Source: Adineta vaga
Lineage: Eukaryota; Animalia; Rotifera
Assembly (NCBI GenBank): GCA_021613535.1
Contig: CP075495.1
Coordinates: 2,666,001-2,730,000, forward strand
Reading direction: 5' to 3'
DNA length: 64,000 nt
Under the pieces are notes generated by a model. It ran no database searches. It saw nothing but the letters and a program-made list of their open reading frames with translations, and was not told where the DNA came from. Below, piece by piece: positions 39,499 to 53,477 of this stretch. Within the stretch, counting starts at the first letter, position 1, and each line of letters begins with the position of its first letter. Position numbers and translations under genes: made by a program.

Positions 39499-42400
39499 TC
39501 ACCAAATATTTAAATAAGAACTCCATGAAGGTGAAGTTACACCACCATTAGTCATTTGTTGTGTAGATGATTCATTAACGTTCATATTTTCATCCAGTAT
39601 TGTTAGAGACATATTTGCAACTCGTTCTAGTTGATTCTGTTCATCTGGACTTAATTTTAACATTGTTACAAGAACAGGAATTAATTGTAAACGTTCGGGA
39701 ATTGATTTTAAAATAAAAAATTTCAATATAATATTTTTCAAGTATTCTAAATTTGAGATCGATTCATTACGTTCCATATTACGTTCAAGACGTCGAATTT
39801 CATCTTTGAGAAATGCTATTTGTTCGATTAAATGTTTATTATTCAATTCCGATTCATGTAAAAGTTCGTTCTTATCTGATAGAGTTGATTTTAATTGATT
39901 AACTTCTTCTTCTTCTTCTAAACGATGAGATTCATTTGAAATAGAATTTGATTGAATACTATCAAACATTTCACGTGATTCGTTATTTATCGATTCGATT
40001 TTCTAAAATTATAGACAAAAAAATATGAATGAAAGTTTTTCAAAAACAAAGTCGAAAGCAAAGCAGGATAAATAATAATAAAAAATGATCTTTACTTCTA
40101 CTTGTTGATGATCGAAATCATTCCATGCAGGGATAGAATCTCTATTAGTATGATAAGATATACCGATGGGTGATTTATTCTCATTTTCATTAATGATTTC
40201 TTCTAATGAATGAATATGAAGTTTATAATCTTTGATTTCTTGTTGCAATAGTTCGATTTGATTTTGTAATGTTAAGTTCGATTGTTTATGATCAGATTCC
40301 ATCGATGTAATTTGTTCCTAAAACAATAAGTTCAATGTTTTTATTCTCCAAAAAAATGTCACGTTTTCTATACTTTATAAGCGAGAGATAATGTTTCATT
40401 TTGAAGTGTTAATAATTTGATTGTATCTTTTTTATCATTGATTTGTTGTGAAGAATCTTTTTCAAGTTTTTCGATTTCTAATTGATGCTAGAAGAGAAAT
40501 GGACGAATAGAATAGTCGAATAGTTTTGTGAAAAGTTACTTGTTTTCGAAGATCTTGTTCGCGTTTTTTCGATTCATTGATAAGTTTGGTTTGAACTTCA
40601 ATAAGACGTGCTTGTTCTTTTTGAATTGCAGTATTTTCCAGTGTTAATGATTCTATTTTTTCACTAGAATAAAAACGAATTTTTTTCAAGAAAAACTCAA
40701 TCTTATTTGTTTTACTTTGCTTCTCGAAGATTGACTTTGAATTTTTCAATTGTATCTTCTAGTTCTATCTGTTTATCTGCCAATGAAGGTGTTCGTTCAC
40801 GCTGATTCGTTTGTTGTTGTTTAAGAACACTTTGTGCACGAATCTAAACAGAATTCTCAATGAAGTCAAAACATTGGGGTATATTTTCTATTTTCCTTGT
40901 CATTGGTTTATATCAATGTCAAATGATATAACAAGGTTAGTTCTGTTGATGAGTTAGTGAAATGACAACATCTCATATCTTACTTTATAATTATTAAAAT
41001 CATCTTGAAGTGTATCACTAGAATGAGAAATATGAAACATTTATTTAGAATGAATATTTGACTTACTAATCTTTTTTCGTAATATCTAACTCATGTTTAA
41101 CAATACGTAGATTTTGTTCTAATAAATTCACTGTTTTTTGATTGTTTTCATTCTGTTGATTAAGTTTTTCTAAAAATTTAAAATCGTGAATGAAATCATT
41201 CAGTTACATATCTTACCAATGAATTGGTGTTTCTCATTGATTAATTGATTGATTAGTATTTTCTGATGATTGAAATCGTTTTGTAATTGATCAATTCTTT
41301 CCTGGCCATGATCATCAGTTTGATAGCGTTCTAATTCAATATCTTTCGCATGTTGTAATTCTTTCTTTGCAATATCTAATAGAGCTTTTAGTTTGTTAGC
41401 ACGATGATCAATTTGATTTTTTTGTTGTTCTAAACTTTGAATTTCTAATTTAAGACAAGCATATTTATCTGTACTAGTAGATAATTCTTCACGTAGATCT
41501 TGAATTTCTTTATCTTTATCGATTAGTTCGTCTTTTAACGTTTTGATTGTCTTGTCATAATCAGCTAGTTCAAGATCCATAACACTTTGTTTTGGTTGAT
41601 GATTTTTATCTTGTAATTCTTTTTTTAAACGAGTTAATAAAATTTTCATTTTTTGATATTTCTCTTTGAATTCCTATTGAATAGAAAGAAACGTGTCAAT
41701 CAATATGATAGATTTGTTCTTACTTGAATATTTTCACCTGGATCTGAGATTTGTTTTTCATATTTTTGATTTAATTCATTGATTATTTGATGAAGTCTTT
41801 CATTTTCTTCTCGAATATTATTCAATTCTGATTGATTGGATATTTCGAAGTTTGATGTTGTATTTTCTATAGTCTAAATCAATAAAATCAGAAATTGAAT
41901 AAACATTAAAGAATAATTATTGAAGCGGAAAAATTTTAGTTTAAAACAATAATCCACAAATTAGAGCAATATTTATTAAAAAGCATTTCCCTTTCATTCA
42001 TTATCACATAGAATCAATTTTTTCAGTGTTTCTTACATATCTGTTAGAAACGCATAGAATGTAGACCTTAGGGGGCGATAGCTAATTCAGAACGAGTACT
42101 ACAGCTCGTATAAATTTGTCTTAGATATTCGGCGATAGTGGAGAGGTTCATGCCATGCATTCACTGAACGCAAACTTGTTGGGTGATACGATTGGGATCC
42201 ACTCCTGATTTTCATATTTCTGAGAAGTTATGTACTTCAACATATATCATCAAAGTTTTATTAGTACGAGAATAGGAATGTTAGTAAAGCAGGTTTGATA
42301 GAAGCCAGAGGACTGTTTTTTTTGTCAATGTATTTCAATATTAAACTCCGGTTAACTTAATAGATTAAGATTAGTATTTCCGTATTGTTTTTATTAACTA

Positions 42401-45400
42401 TCGGCAAAGCAAAACAAACCAAAACTAGACACACACTTGTCGTAACTGAATCGCTCCTTGTTCGATCGTTTGATTATTATTTTCAATTGTTTGATCAAAA
42501 TGATGTTTATTCGATTGTATTTGTTGTTTTAAATCATTAATATTCTATGAAAAAAAGAATAATATGAAATGAAATTGCTGAATATTTTCAACTATTACTT
42601 GTATATATTCTTGGTTTTCTTTATCTAAATTTGTAATTTTATCCGTTAAAAATTGAATTTCATTTGTGAATTTTTTCTTATCCAGTTTGATTTGATCATT
42701 TAATATCTGTGATTCATTCATTTGAATTTCTAATTGATGAATTCGTTGGAGAAGATTTTCATTTTCTTTTGTCTTTATTTCTATTCGATGTTCGAATTCT
42801 TCACGTTGTTGTTTGGATACAGATGAAGAACGTTGTTCATGATTTTGTGTTGCATTTAATAAGATTTGTTTTTGTTGTTCAAATTCTTTTTGAAATTTTT
42901 CAATAAGATTTTCTTTGAATTGTTCATGTTCATCAATTTCTAATCGAAGTAAACGAATTTTTTCATCACGTTCTACTAAATAAAGATGTTGACGTTCATA
43001 ATCAGCTCGAAGTTTATCAAATAGATCATGTTGTCGTTTGGATTGAACTTCTTTCTCATGAAATTTTTCATTTAAATCTTTTAATTGTTCTTCTAATTTT
43101 TCAGCAATATGAAGTTTTGTTTGAAGTTCATTGTAAGACAGTTCAATATGTTTCAACTGATCAAGTCTTGTTTTATCTAAAGAAGAAAGTCAATTGTTTT
43201 CGATTTTAACAAGAATATATTAAACAAACCGAGATTTTCTTGTCTAAGAAGATTTTCTAATTGAATCGTTTGTTCACATTGTTTAGCAAGTTGTTCTTCT
43301 AATTGTTCTTGATGTTCTTTTAATTGTGTGAATGTATTATTTGTAAGAAGACGTTTTTCAAGAAGAAGTATTTCATTACGTTGTTCTTCAATTTGTTTAG
43401 TTAACTGTTCGATTTGAATACGTTGTTGATGAAAATCATGTTCCATCTCATTGGAAATAAATTTGAAATGATCAAATTCTAATCGAAGATATGGAGATGT
43501 TTTCTAAAAAAGTTGAAGAATAGAATAGTTTTCTTTATTAATACTTAATTGTATACATGAATTCTAAGTGATGATAAAAACTCTACTGTCTTTTTATTGA
43601 TAAGTTTTTTCTAGATTTAGAAGAACCTAAGTAATGCCTATTAATTCACAGTAGAGTTTCTCGTCTATCATCATTTCTACATCTAGAACCAAAACCGAAT
43701 CGAGGAAACCGTTAACTTCTTGATTAAAGAAAGTTATTCATTCGAAGGATCAATTTAACTAATAACTGATAAAGGTCACATTAATATAGTCTTTCTAAAA
43801 TAAACAATAGAGTTTTGAGTACATTTCCCTACAATTACTAGCTTATAATCATGCTGTGAAAGAAACTAAATGTCAATGGCAAGGCAACACAGTAGGTGTG
43901 AAGAAAATGTAATTGACATACAAAACTATGGACATCTCTCCTATCCTCTTTCAATTAAAACCTTGACCGATACGAAAAGCTGTGAGATAATCTCCACTCT
44001 TTTCATTACCTGATCGTTTGATTTTTCAATGACAATTTGCCAATCATTTGATTTCATTGTTTGATTCATTCCTGTATAAATTCTTTCGAAAAGTGCATCT
44101 AAGACAAAATGATCTTGTTTATGAAGAAATATTCGACATTGTTCATTTTGATTATTTTGTGCAAATACAATCGATTGATCAACTAATAAATTCATTGAAA
44201 TATCATTTTGTTTCAATAAAATATATTGTAAAACACGACAACGTTCAATTAATAATGTACATAAACGAAGGACACTTTCGAAATTTAATGGAACAGAAAA
44301 ATCTTCATCTATTCCATTTGTAATACCGACTGAATGTAATAATGTTGGAATATCGGATAAAAGAAGTAAGGATGATGTTGATGAAGCTTTGGAAATTTGT
44401 GATTGAAATTGATTGTCATCTACTTGATGAAGAATATAATTCATACATTGAAGAATAATCTCATCAATATTTTCATTGGATTGAGATAATGAAAGTTGTT
44501 GTTGTTGTTCTTGATCATTTTGAATTATTAAACTTTCACGTTGTAATTCAAGAAATTGTTCTTCAAAATCTTCAATTTGTCGACGATAATTATCAATTTC
44601 TTTTTCTTTGGATTGTTTTTCTTGATGACATTTACTGATTTTTAATCTTAAATCATCATTTTCTAATTTGATTTCTTCATTAAAAAATTCTAAATCTTCA
44701 ACTCGTTCTTGTAATCTTGCTTTATCTTGTACAATTTGTTCACATGTTTGTCGATAAAATTCTTGTTTTTGTTCGAGTTCAGTTTTGAATATGTGTAAGA
44801 ATTCATTATCAATTAAATCCGGTAAAGATATCGGTAATTGAAAGAGATCATTAGTCATTGAAATAAAATTTACTAGAAGTTCTGAACGTGACGAAGATTT
44901 TTGAGATTCATCGGAAAGAGATAAACGAACAATGGAAAGTTCATTTCGAAGATTCTGAAATGAAATCGACAAGAGAATAAAAAGAAGAAGAAGAATTGAA
45001 TTATTTACATCTAATTCTTCTTGAAGTTTTATTTGATGAAGTTTATTTTGTTCGAATTCATCTGTCAATTTCGAATATTTGACTTGTTCATAATCAAGTT
45101 GATTACGAAGTTGCTAGAAAGAAAGAAAGATGAAGTTAAATCAATGAATTTTTCATATGATTTACATACTTCTTCAGTTCGATTGAAACTTGTTGATGCT
45201 GTTGTTAATTCATTGAGTTTATTTTCTAATTTTTTCCGAAATAAAATTTGATTTTTCACTAATTTTATCAAATCATCTTTGGACATAGAATCAAGCTAGA
45301 AAAAAAAAGACGAAACTTATTTCAAAGAACTTTTCATTAAACAAACCTTTCCAGTTACCGATGATTTATCTTCATTTGTCGATTTTCCATTTGATACAAT

Positions 45401-45412
45401 CTCTTCACTCAT
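39499..45412 (-). CDS. GCC2: GRIP and coiled-coil domain-containing protein 2 (GCC185-like golgin)
   Basis: N-terminus KLDSMSKDDLIKLVKNQ, long heptad coiled-coil exons including SVMDLELADYDKTI, and a C-terminal GRIP domain NLEYLKNIILKF...ERLQLIPVLVTMLKLSPDE...WSSYLNIW. Confidence 0.9.
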
Positions 45413-46686
45413 ATTTTACAATAGAAACAAGTCTACTCTGATGATGATGATGATTATTATTATTATTTCATCTAAAATGCAACGAACAACTCATGTTTTA
45501 ACATTATGACATCGTATGATTCTGTTTAATATAGTAAAATAACACCTGGTTACATATTCATATGGAAATTGATTTCTGATTATATAAACCAGTATTGTCT
45601 GACATATGGTAACAGAACGAAAGCGGACTGTTTTTCTCTAAGGCTGATAGAAGTTACATCTAGATATGTGTATATACATACAAACGTGCTTAGAGATTTC
45701 TTTTTTCTTCTTCTTGGGAATATAAACGAAACTTAATACGTTTTTTTTGGGGTGTTGCCTTGTCTTGTATTTATCATTGAAGAATATTGACTGTTCGATG
45801 ATGAAAGCTGATAGAGCGATGAAAGAGGCATACCATCACAACAAATTATTATTATTCTTTCTTTATCCATTCATTAGAAACACTTTCTCAGCGGTGCATT
45901 CGAGCAATTGTCTGTTATCATTGATAAACCTTGGATGGCTCATGACATTCTTCGATGAAATCAAGATATAATGAGAATACGTTAAAAAAATAAAGCAAAG
46001 TTACGCATCAATGAATCAATCAAGACAAGTAAATAAACATTCGATAGAAATGTCTTACCACGACGATATTCTCTACAGATAATTTTCGAACATTTATCAT
46101 TCTACTTAATAATGTAATGACATGAAAAGTTTCTAGACTATAAGTAACCTAATAGACATGACTAAAATTGTCGTGTTATTGAAATCAAAATAAACAAAGA
46201 TCTAATAACATACCAGACTATCATTGGATCGATATTTTCTTGTTAAATTATATCTACAAAATATAAATTCAATATATTATAAGAAATAAGTTACTTAGAT
46301 GATTGATCATATGATATATGACTATCTTCAAGACATCTGTTATAGACAAAGTTCCTTTGTTTCTATGTCAAAATGTACTAATAAATCAATGTATTTTCTT
46401 CTCATTATTTCTTTTCGAATTCGCTAAATTATTCCTTGTCAACGGATCATTAAAAATCGATAAGAATGACAAATCGATCTTCTTATTTTTACTGATGGTA
46501 AGTCAAATCGCATGGCATAATAAGTTAAGAAGGAAAAAAAAGCCTTATATTTCCAAGTAAATGATAAACAAGAAGAAAAAAAAGGTAAATGTTCTTTATT
46601 CTACTTAACCGGAAAAATCAAGAAAAAGCCATCGGCAAAACAAGAAAAAATGATCAACACAGCATTCTCCCATGAAATATCTGACA

Positions 46687-48347
46687 TTATTTCAATTTTT
46701 TCTCTATTTTTCTCACATTCGATTCCATTCTTAATGTTGTTAGTAATTTAAATAAAACGTATCCATGACAAAGATGAAGAATCAAACTACTCATTACTGT
46801 TGATGGATATGTATTCCATGAAAATTCAATTAAACCAAGGATTAATAGACTATATATACAAAACAAAAGCAAAAAAACAATCGCATTATTCATTCATTTG
46901 ATTCTCTCTTACTTAACAATTGCTTTTGAATTTGTACTCCAAAGTAAATGATAGAGCATATGATAGTACCAAACATAAAATTGATAATGAAGTGAACGAC
47001 AAAAACAAATACCAATGAAATTTGCATAGAACATTAGCGTGATAATTACATCGTCTGATAAATGATGATTTTTATGATAATTTAACAAATCATCTAATGT
47101 TTTTATATTTCTATAAAGATAAATCGAAAATAAATGTCAAATAGATAATTTCCATGAACAATTTACTTTAACCATTGATAACGACAAACATATAATAAGA
47201 TTACAAGATGAGTTGATAAGAGTGTTAAATGAAAATAACGATTAAGAAAGATATGTTCGGGTATTAAACGCCAATTAACTGTCCATATGTAAAAAAATTG
47301 ACGACCAAGATCAAATGAACGTATTATATAAGCAGTTGGATTTGATAGAAGAAATGGGAGAGCAAATATAAACTAGAACAATTCAAATATTGCAACAATC
47401 TCTCGCTCTCTTTTTCTTTCTCTATGACAAAATGTGTCACTTACTTGTAATAAAGCACAGTAGAAAATATTCTTGACTGTATCACGAAATCCAATAGAAA
47501 GTAAAAGAATAATAAATAACGCCGGCGCCATCAATAGAATATTCATTTTAATCGATACCGCCAAACTACACAAAAAATATATATATATATATATAAAACA
47601 TAGGAAGGAAATGACGTATTTCTTCAACCTATAGAGAATACAGCCTAAAGTCCATTGTCGACGGAGTAGAAAAACAATCGAAATGTATAGAAATGTCATT
47701 GCAATGGGATCATTAAATAATCGTAGGACAAAAATTGAATGAATACGATATGCTAATAGACACATGAAGATATACGCATATGGTGGAACCTAAAATAATC
47801 TGATTCATTTTTCTTTTAGATGATTTTAATCGAAGAAACCTTTGCATTTCGATTATAGATATAGAAAACAGCCGTAATCATAATTAAATAAAGACCAGTA
47901 AATAGATATTGTGCCAAACGAATATTTTGACCAAAATTAGTAATATAATAAAGGATTAAATAGATGTAAACAAAACCAGCTGGATAACTGTTCAAGAAAA
48001 TGTCATTATATTTCATTATTCGAGAAAAATTGAACTTACACAAGAGGACCTGTATCACCTTTGAGTTTGTAATAATCATATGTTCCATTGACAACACCTT
48101 CAACTTCTTGCATATATGCTTTCCAATCGATTTCGGTATAATTTGTTTTCTTAATAATGAATATATTGAGAAAAATTTCCAAAATAAATAAGCCCGACAT
48201 GATATAGATCGATTTTTTGGGATTAATTAAAAGATCTTTATAAAAGGATAGATGAAAAAATTGTTTGAAATGTAACTTGAGTTGCGTAGAAAGATTTAAC
48301 GATGATGAAAGATTTTTCTTCGATGATCGTGATTGTGGTGGCGGCAT
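46687..48347 (-). CDS. ALG3: Dol-P-Man:Man5GlcNAc2-PP-Dol alpha-1,3-mannosyltransferase
   Basis: [73 protein letters not shown], and a C-terminal KKxx ER signal. Confidence 0.96.
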
Positions 48348-49445
48348 TTCTTTGATTTTTCTAGTTATATCAATGTGATTCGAAAGGATTTGAAGGTCTT
48401 AAAAATGAAACGTCGAAGTGTCGAACGAGAGAGAGAGAGAAATGAATGAATATTCAAGGAAAGACAGTTTATATTGGATTTTATAACCATCAAATGATAT
48501 GATATACATGAGATGCAGATGGCGACACACAGTTAAGATTTATTTATTTAGTTATAGAGTAATATTTTTTCTTTCTTTTTCAAAACTCTTTGATTCGTGA
48601 AATGTTAATTCTCAGAATTGAAACGGTAAGATCACTAACTACAACATACTGATTATTTTGATATAATCAGATATCCCGATGTCATCATCATCATCATTAT
48701 TACTATTGACAAAAATTCCAAGTAATCTATAGCATGACATTATTTTTGGAGATTCTTGAGATAGAGAGAAATACATTGTTTACCTACTTTAGTGTATTGT
48801 TAAATAACAAAGGAATATGAATTTTCTATCCGATTGATTTATAACAGATGTCTTGAAACTCAATCCACGTTTGTTTTCCGTTATGAAGGATAAAAATTGT
48901 TATCTCTAAAAAATGATCTACTTCTTCAAGCCATCAACATACATTGTTTATTATGAATTTTAAAACATCAACTCTTTACTTACACTATTTTGTATGATTT
49001 GTCTAAATCATGACTAGCGCCATCCGTATGCTGTTGCCAGACATTATTTACAGCTAAAAATAATCTCCAACTGAGATGTATAAAACATGTGCGAAAAAAG
49101 AACGAGGTGTTTCAGGTATGACAAAAAAACAGAACATTTTAAAGAAAGAATGAAAACGAATGTCGTCAATTATTACAAAATACAAGGTAGCCAAAAAGAA
49201 AAAGACAGAAAACGAAATTGAAACACAATTGAAACATTTGTTGACATACCTTCGTACACTTCCTTTTCTTTCCCCCCACAATTAGTTCTACTATATATAA
49301 TGTCATGGATGTTACAATATATAACGATCATTTATAGAGCGAATCGAACGAATTCTTATGTACATATATTAAAAACAAGGTGCATTTTATCAACCAAATA
49401 TTATTGCTTAGATACTATTATTTATTCATTTGATCTGGATTCTTT

Positions 49446-49919
49446 ATGGCACAAAGTAATCAAGAACTATCAAAACGTCATCACAGATCATCAACTAAAC
49501 AATCCAATGATCAACTCGATCAATCATGTCCAATTTGTTTAGATATGTATGACAAAGATCATTGTCAACAAACATTTACAACTTGTGCTCATTCGTTTTG
49601 TCGAAAGTGTTTACAACGAACATTACAAATTAAACCATTCTGTCCTCTCTGTCATCAATATCAGTCATCAAACAATCAAGATACTCAATCAAGACAATTG
49701 GATGATGGCACAGTTTGGAATCCTGAAGTCGTACGCGCTCATTTTAGTGAAGAACATTTCGATGAAAATGGTCAAAGAATGAGAACAGTACATCTTTCCA
49801 ATGGTGAAAAAACAAATATTCGTGTTAGCCCTGGTGTGAAAATTAATATTTCACCCAATTCAAATCTCATAATCAATGGAAAAAGAGTTCAAAATCCTTC
49901 TGACTGTAATCAACAATAA
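49446..49919 (+). CDS. Small C3HC4 RING-finger protein with C-terminal CaaX-like motif
   Basis: CPIC-x13-CAHSFCRKC-x10-CPLC RING. Single coding exon ending PSDCNQQ*. Confidence 0.85.
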   Translation: MAQSNQELSKRHHRSSTKQSNDQLDQSCPICLDMYDKDHCQQTFTTCAHSFCRKCLQRTLQIKPFCPLCHQYQSSNNQDTQSRQLDDGTVWNPEVVRAHFSEEHFDENGQRMRTVHLSNGEKTNIRVSPGVKINISPNSNLIINGKRVQNPSDCNQQ

Positions 49920-49978
49920 CTCTCGTTCTTTCAGAATGAAATGAAGAATTTAGTGAGCCTTTATTCAAGTATTTTTTA

Positions 49979-49979
<1 letters not shown>

Positions 49980-50010
<31 letters not shown>
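49980..50010. repeat. (TAAA)n microsatellite between convergent RING and homeobox genes
   Basis: Read directly. It supplies tandem AATAAA hexamers downstream of the RING stop. Confidence 0.9.
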
Positions 50011-50034
50011 CATTAAATTAAAAATAAAATAGAA

Positions 50035-50690
50035 TTAAGTGCTTTTAGAAGATTGAATTTCTCGTCGTTTTTGTTTATCACTATGACGTCGATTTTTGAA
50101 CCATTGCTACAAAACACATATTACACTTTAGACATTCAACAATCGGAAGAATATGGAAACAACTTACGCGAACTTTATCAATTGAAACATTCAATTGGAC
50201 AGCAAGTTGTCGTAGGATGTCAGTTGATGGATGTGCATCACGAATATATGCTTGATGAAGTATCTGAAGTTCATTCTTTCGGAAACATTGGTGACGACGA
50301 AGGGGCGTACGATCAATAGCAGAATCTAGAAGAGTACAGATATTGTATTTAATATTTTAAGACGTTGTACAATCGAGCGAACAAAATGTGATTCAAAATA
50401 ATCTATTCTCTTACTTCATTATCAATTGTTCATAACTTAGAAAAATAAAAGTTTTGATACATACGTGTTTGAATTGAAGAAGAATATACTCGCGTTTGTG
50501 ATTGTTGTGGTTGTTGATATGTATATGGCATAGGTGATAAATTCATTGGTGATATTGTGGATGTATAAAACGTCTGAGGTGAATGAAGTGGACAAGTTGA
50601 AGGTATAAATGGTGAGCCATAATAAGTGGATGTTGACGGAGAAGAATATTCAAAAGAATAATCGTACGATGGAAAGTATTGATTGTTCAT
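50035..50690 (-). CDS. Divergent K50 homeodomain transcription factor (3 exons)
   Basis: Exons 50690-50465, 50325-50168 and 50106-50035 splice in frame. Homeodomain PLRRHQCFRKNELQILHQAYIRDAHPSTDILRQLAVQLNVSIDKVR|QWFKNRRHSDKQKR has F8, L13, L16, P26, L34, A35, L38 and W48-F49-K50-N51-R52-R53. The N-terminus is Ser/Pro/Tyr-rich. Confidence 0.88.
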
Positions 50691-50964
50691 GTTTGTTGAA
50701 TAGAAGGTAGAAGAAGAGTTTGTGATAGTGGATTTCGAAAATTATTCAACTTTTATATAGAATACTGTTCTATATTGAGATAATAAATGACGAATGATTA
50801 TGTATTTAATGAGTAATGTCTCTTTTCCCAAAACAGAATGTAGAACAATGTTCTTAATTGACACTCGTCATTAAACGATAGCATGATCATTATCATTCAA
50901 TTAACATGGAATATTGATGATTGTGTCGTTCTGTTTTTATTTGAAATAAGAAAAGACAAAGAAA

Positions 50965-52374
50965 CTACTGAAGTATACAAAAATGTCGGAAAGATGCACG
51001 TGTAGATTTGAGTGTTCCAGGAAGATTTCCGTGTGGTAAATCAGAAGTTGTAGAAAAGTTGGGAAAAGAACTTTCTGATAATGATGACGATGATGATGAT
51101 GTTGAATGAGGAGTATGAGTATCTACTGATAATTCACTTAGGCTATTGTTACACGAACGAAAACTACTAGTGCTTAGAATGGAATCAGTCTCATCATCGT
51201 CAAAAATAGCTGGAATTGATGTATCAATTTGACTGAAATGTTTCTGAAGCGAATGAGCAAGTGCAGGTGTTGATGGATAACGAGTTTTAGATGAAACAGA
51301 AAACTGATTTGGTGACATTTCATAATTCGAAATAGAATGAGAAAGTAGATTTCGTTGTTGATACAGCGGATTCGAAATATATTGAATTCTTCTCTCGCCG
51401 AAAGATAAATTTGACCGATATAGATTGTTTGATTTCGTAGAAAAATCAGGATAATGTTGATGAAGTGTTTGTAAAGAAGATCGGTTGTAATGGCGATTCA
51501 ATAATAATAGGAAGCTTAGAATGAAAACAATCATCAATCTAAAATAAAAGTATTATGTACGAAAAGAAGATTTGAAGAATCAGAATGACTGACTGGTCGT
51601 TGTTTACTAATGTTTGATCTCTTTCGTTCATTTGGAACTCTTTTCGATTGATGAACATCATTTGATTTCCATGACCATGAGTCTGATTTTTCCCATGATG
51701 ATGCTGTCGATTGAAATGAATCATTGACACCATTTTGTTCACGAAATGAATGAATTTCTGGTAGGGAAGTGTAGGGTGACATACGAGGTTTCAAAGATGT
51801 TGATGGTCGTTCTTTTGATGAAAGATAACGACAAGCAAACTTTGGTAGAGGACCATGATCTTTATTAAATACTATAAGAACTTAATTAAAAATTCAAATT
51901 ATACTTACAACTCAGTGAAAAACGACGTTTTCGTTCAATAATTTTATCAATAGTTTGTAATGATGATTGATGAAGATTTGTTAATTGACGATGACGTCGA
52001 AGTCGAGTGAGTGAATCATCAAGTGAATTAGCTGTTATAAATGAATTCGATATATGAAAACGTTCTTTAAGAACTTGTCGCCATTCTGGTTGAATTATCG
52101 GCTGTTGTTCATTGGATGGAACAAGATTTATCAAAGGTTTAGATATAGCAAAACGAGTTAATGTTTTATCGTTAGATTGATTGGATATTTCTGAGATAAG
52201 ATCAACACTACCTGCGATGATCTTATGATGATCATTATGATATAATGAAGTCAATTCTTGAATACCAACGGAAGTATCTAATGGAATATTTAAACAGTTC
52301 AATGAATGTGTTTTTAATCTGATATTTAATGTTGCATTGGCTGGTATTGGTTTCGAAGATAGAATAATCGTCAT
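50965..52374 (-). CDS. Ser-rich uncharacterized protein (3 probable exons)
   Basis: ORFs 52374-51909, ~51871-51561 and ~51514-50965 are separated by short GT..AG introns. The first junction is in frame; the second is off by one base. Confidence 0.6.
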
Positions 52375-53477
52375 GATCTTTTTCTTCTTGTATGTGTGTA
52401 TGTTAAATATGAACAAAGATGAATAACGCTATTGTTATGTGTGTAGTGAATTGCTTTTCATATCTTTTGATTTAAATGAACAAGTGAGTTACAAACAATA
52501 AGTCGATGCGCAACAATCGTTTTCTCTTCATTCATGTCTAGGACAAACAAAAATGTGATGATGATATTAAACAGATGGATGTTCAGCAAATGATCGTTTT
52601 ATATCCATAACACTTCAAATGGATTTATGTAAATTAAGATTTTATGTTGTTAATGTTCTGATAAGAAATCAAATGATGATCAACTTGTTGAATAGACATC
52701 ACACGAAAGATGAAGATACTGAATAGAGTTCTTTACTTCATCCAATATAACGATGTCGCTTTTACTGATAATAGCAATGGTGAACATTATTTGTTCTACT
52801 CAGTTTAAACCAATAGAAAGGTAACTATCGTAATGATGTGAGTTGATAACAAAAGCCTGATATCATTTGAATTCAGCGATTCAATTCAAATCAGCATTCA
52901 TCAATGAGAATCTTCTCATTTAGGTCAAATAGAACATAGATGTCATCGTCGATCTTGATCAAGGTTTATTTTTCTTTTGGATTCTATCAATTTTGATGTA
53001 TTGTCAATGGCAACTAACAATGCACAAGTCAATTATAACAGGAGGAAATGGACAACTATTTTCAATCACAAAAACATCATTAAAAATGGAAACAATAGAT
53101 TAGAAATTTATCCAAGTGTTCTTTTTCTTTTGTTTTGTTTTTCGGATGATTTCATCTCATATCGAATGAATTTGATTAAATAAACCTATTACTTTGAACA
53201 TATGTTTTCTATAGCATGTGAAATCTTTATTTTCAATTAAAGAAACCAAAAAGAAAATGAACGCTATTAAACAAACGAAAAAAGAGACAAAAAATAAGAT
53301 ACATTTCTTTACATGCTAAGAATTTGAATGATAACATCTATTAGTACATCAAGATGTACGATATTTTTTTTATATATAACAAATACAATTATTAGTCAAG
53401 CAAAATAAAAGAAATAGAGGAAGAATTATAGACAATGCACGTACAAGGAATCCAAGTGAACATTCAACAAAATAGAT

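Noticed and set aside
40944-40970. Hammerhead-like TTGATGAG...GAAA
   Set aside because: It lacks the CTGA core and the stems needed for a hammerhead.
42125-42205. Faint resemblance to the 5' end of bacterial 5S rRNA (GGCGATAG..GGT)
   Set aside because: The similarity does not extend and the helices cannot be formed.
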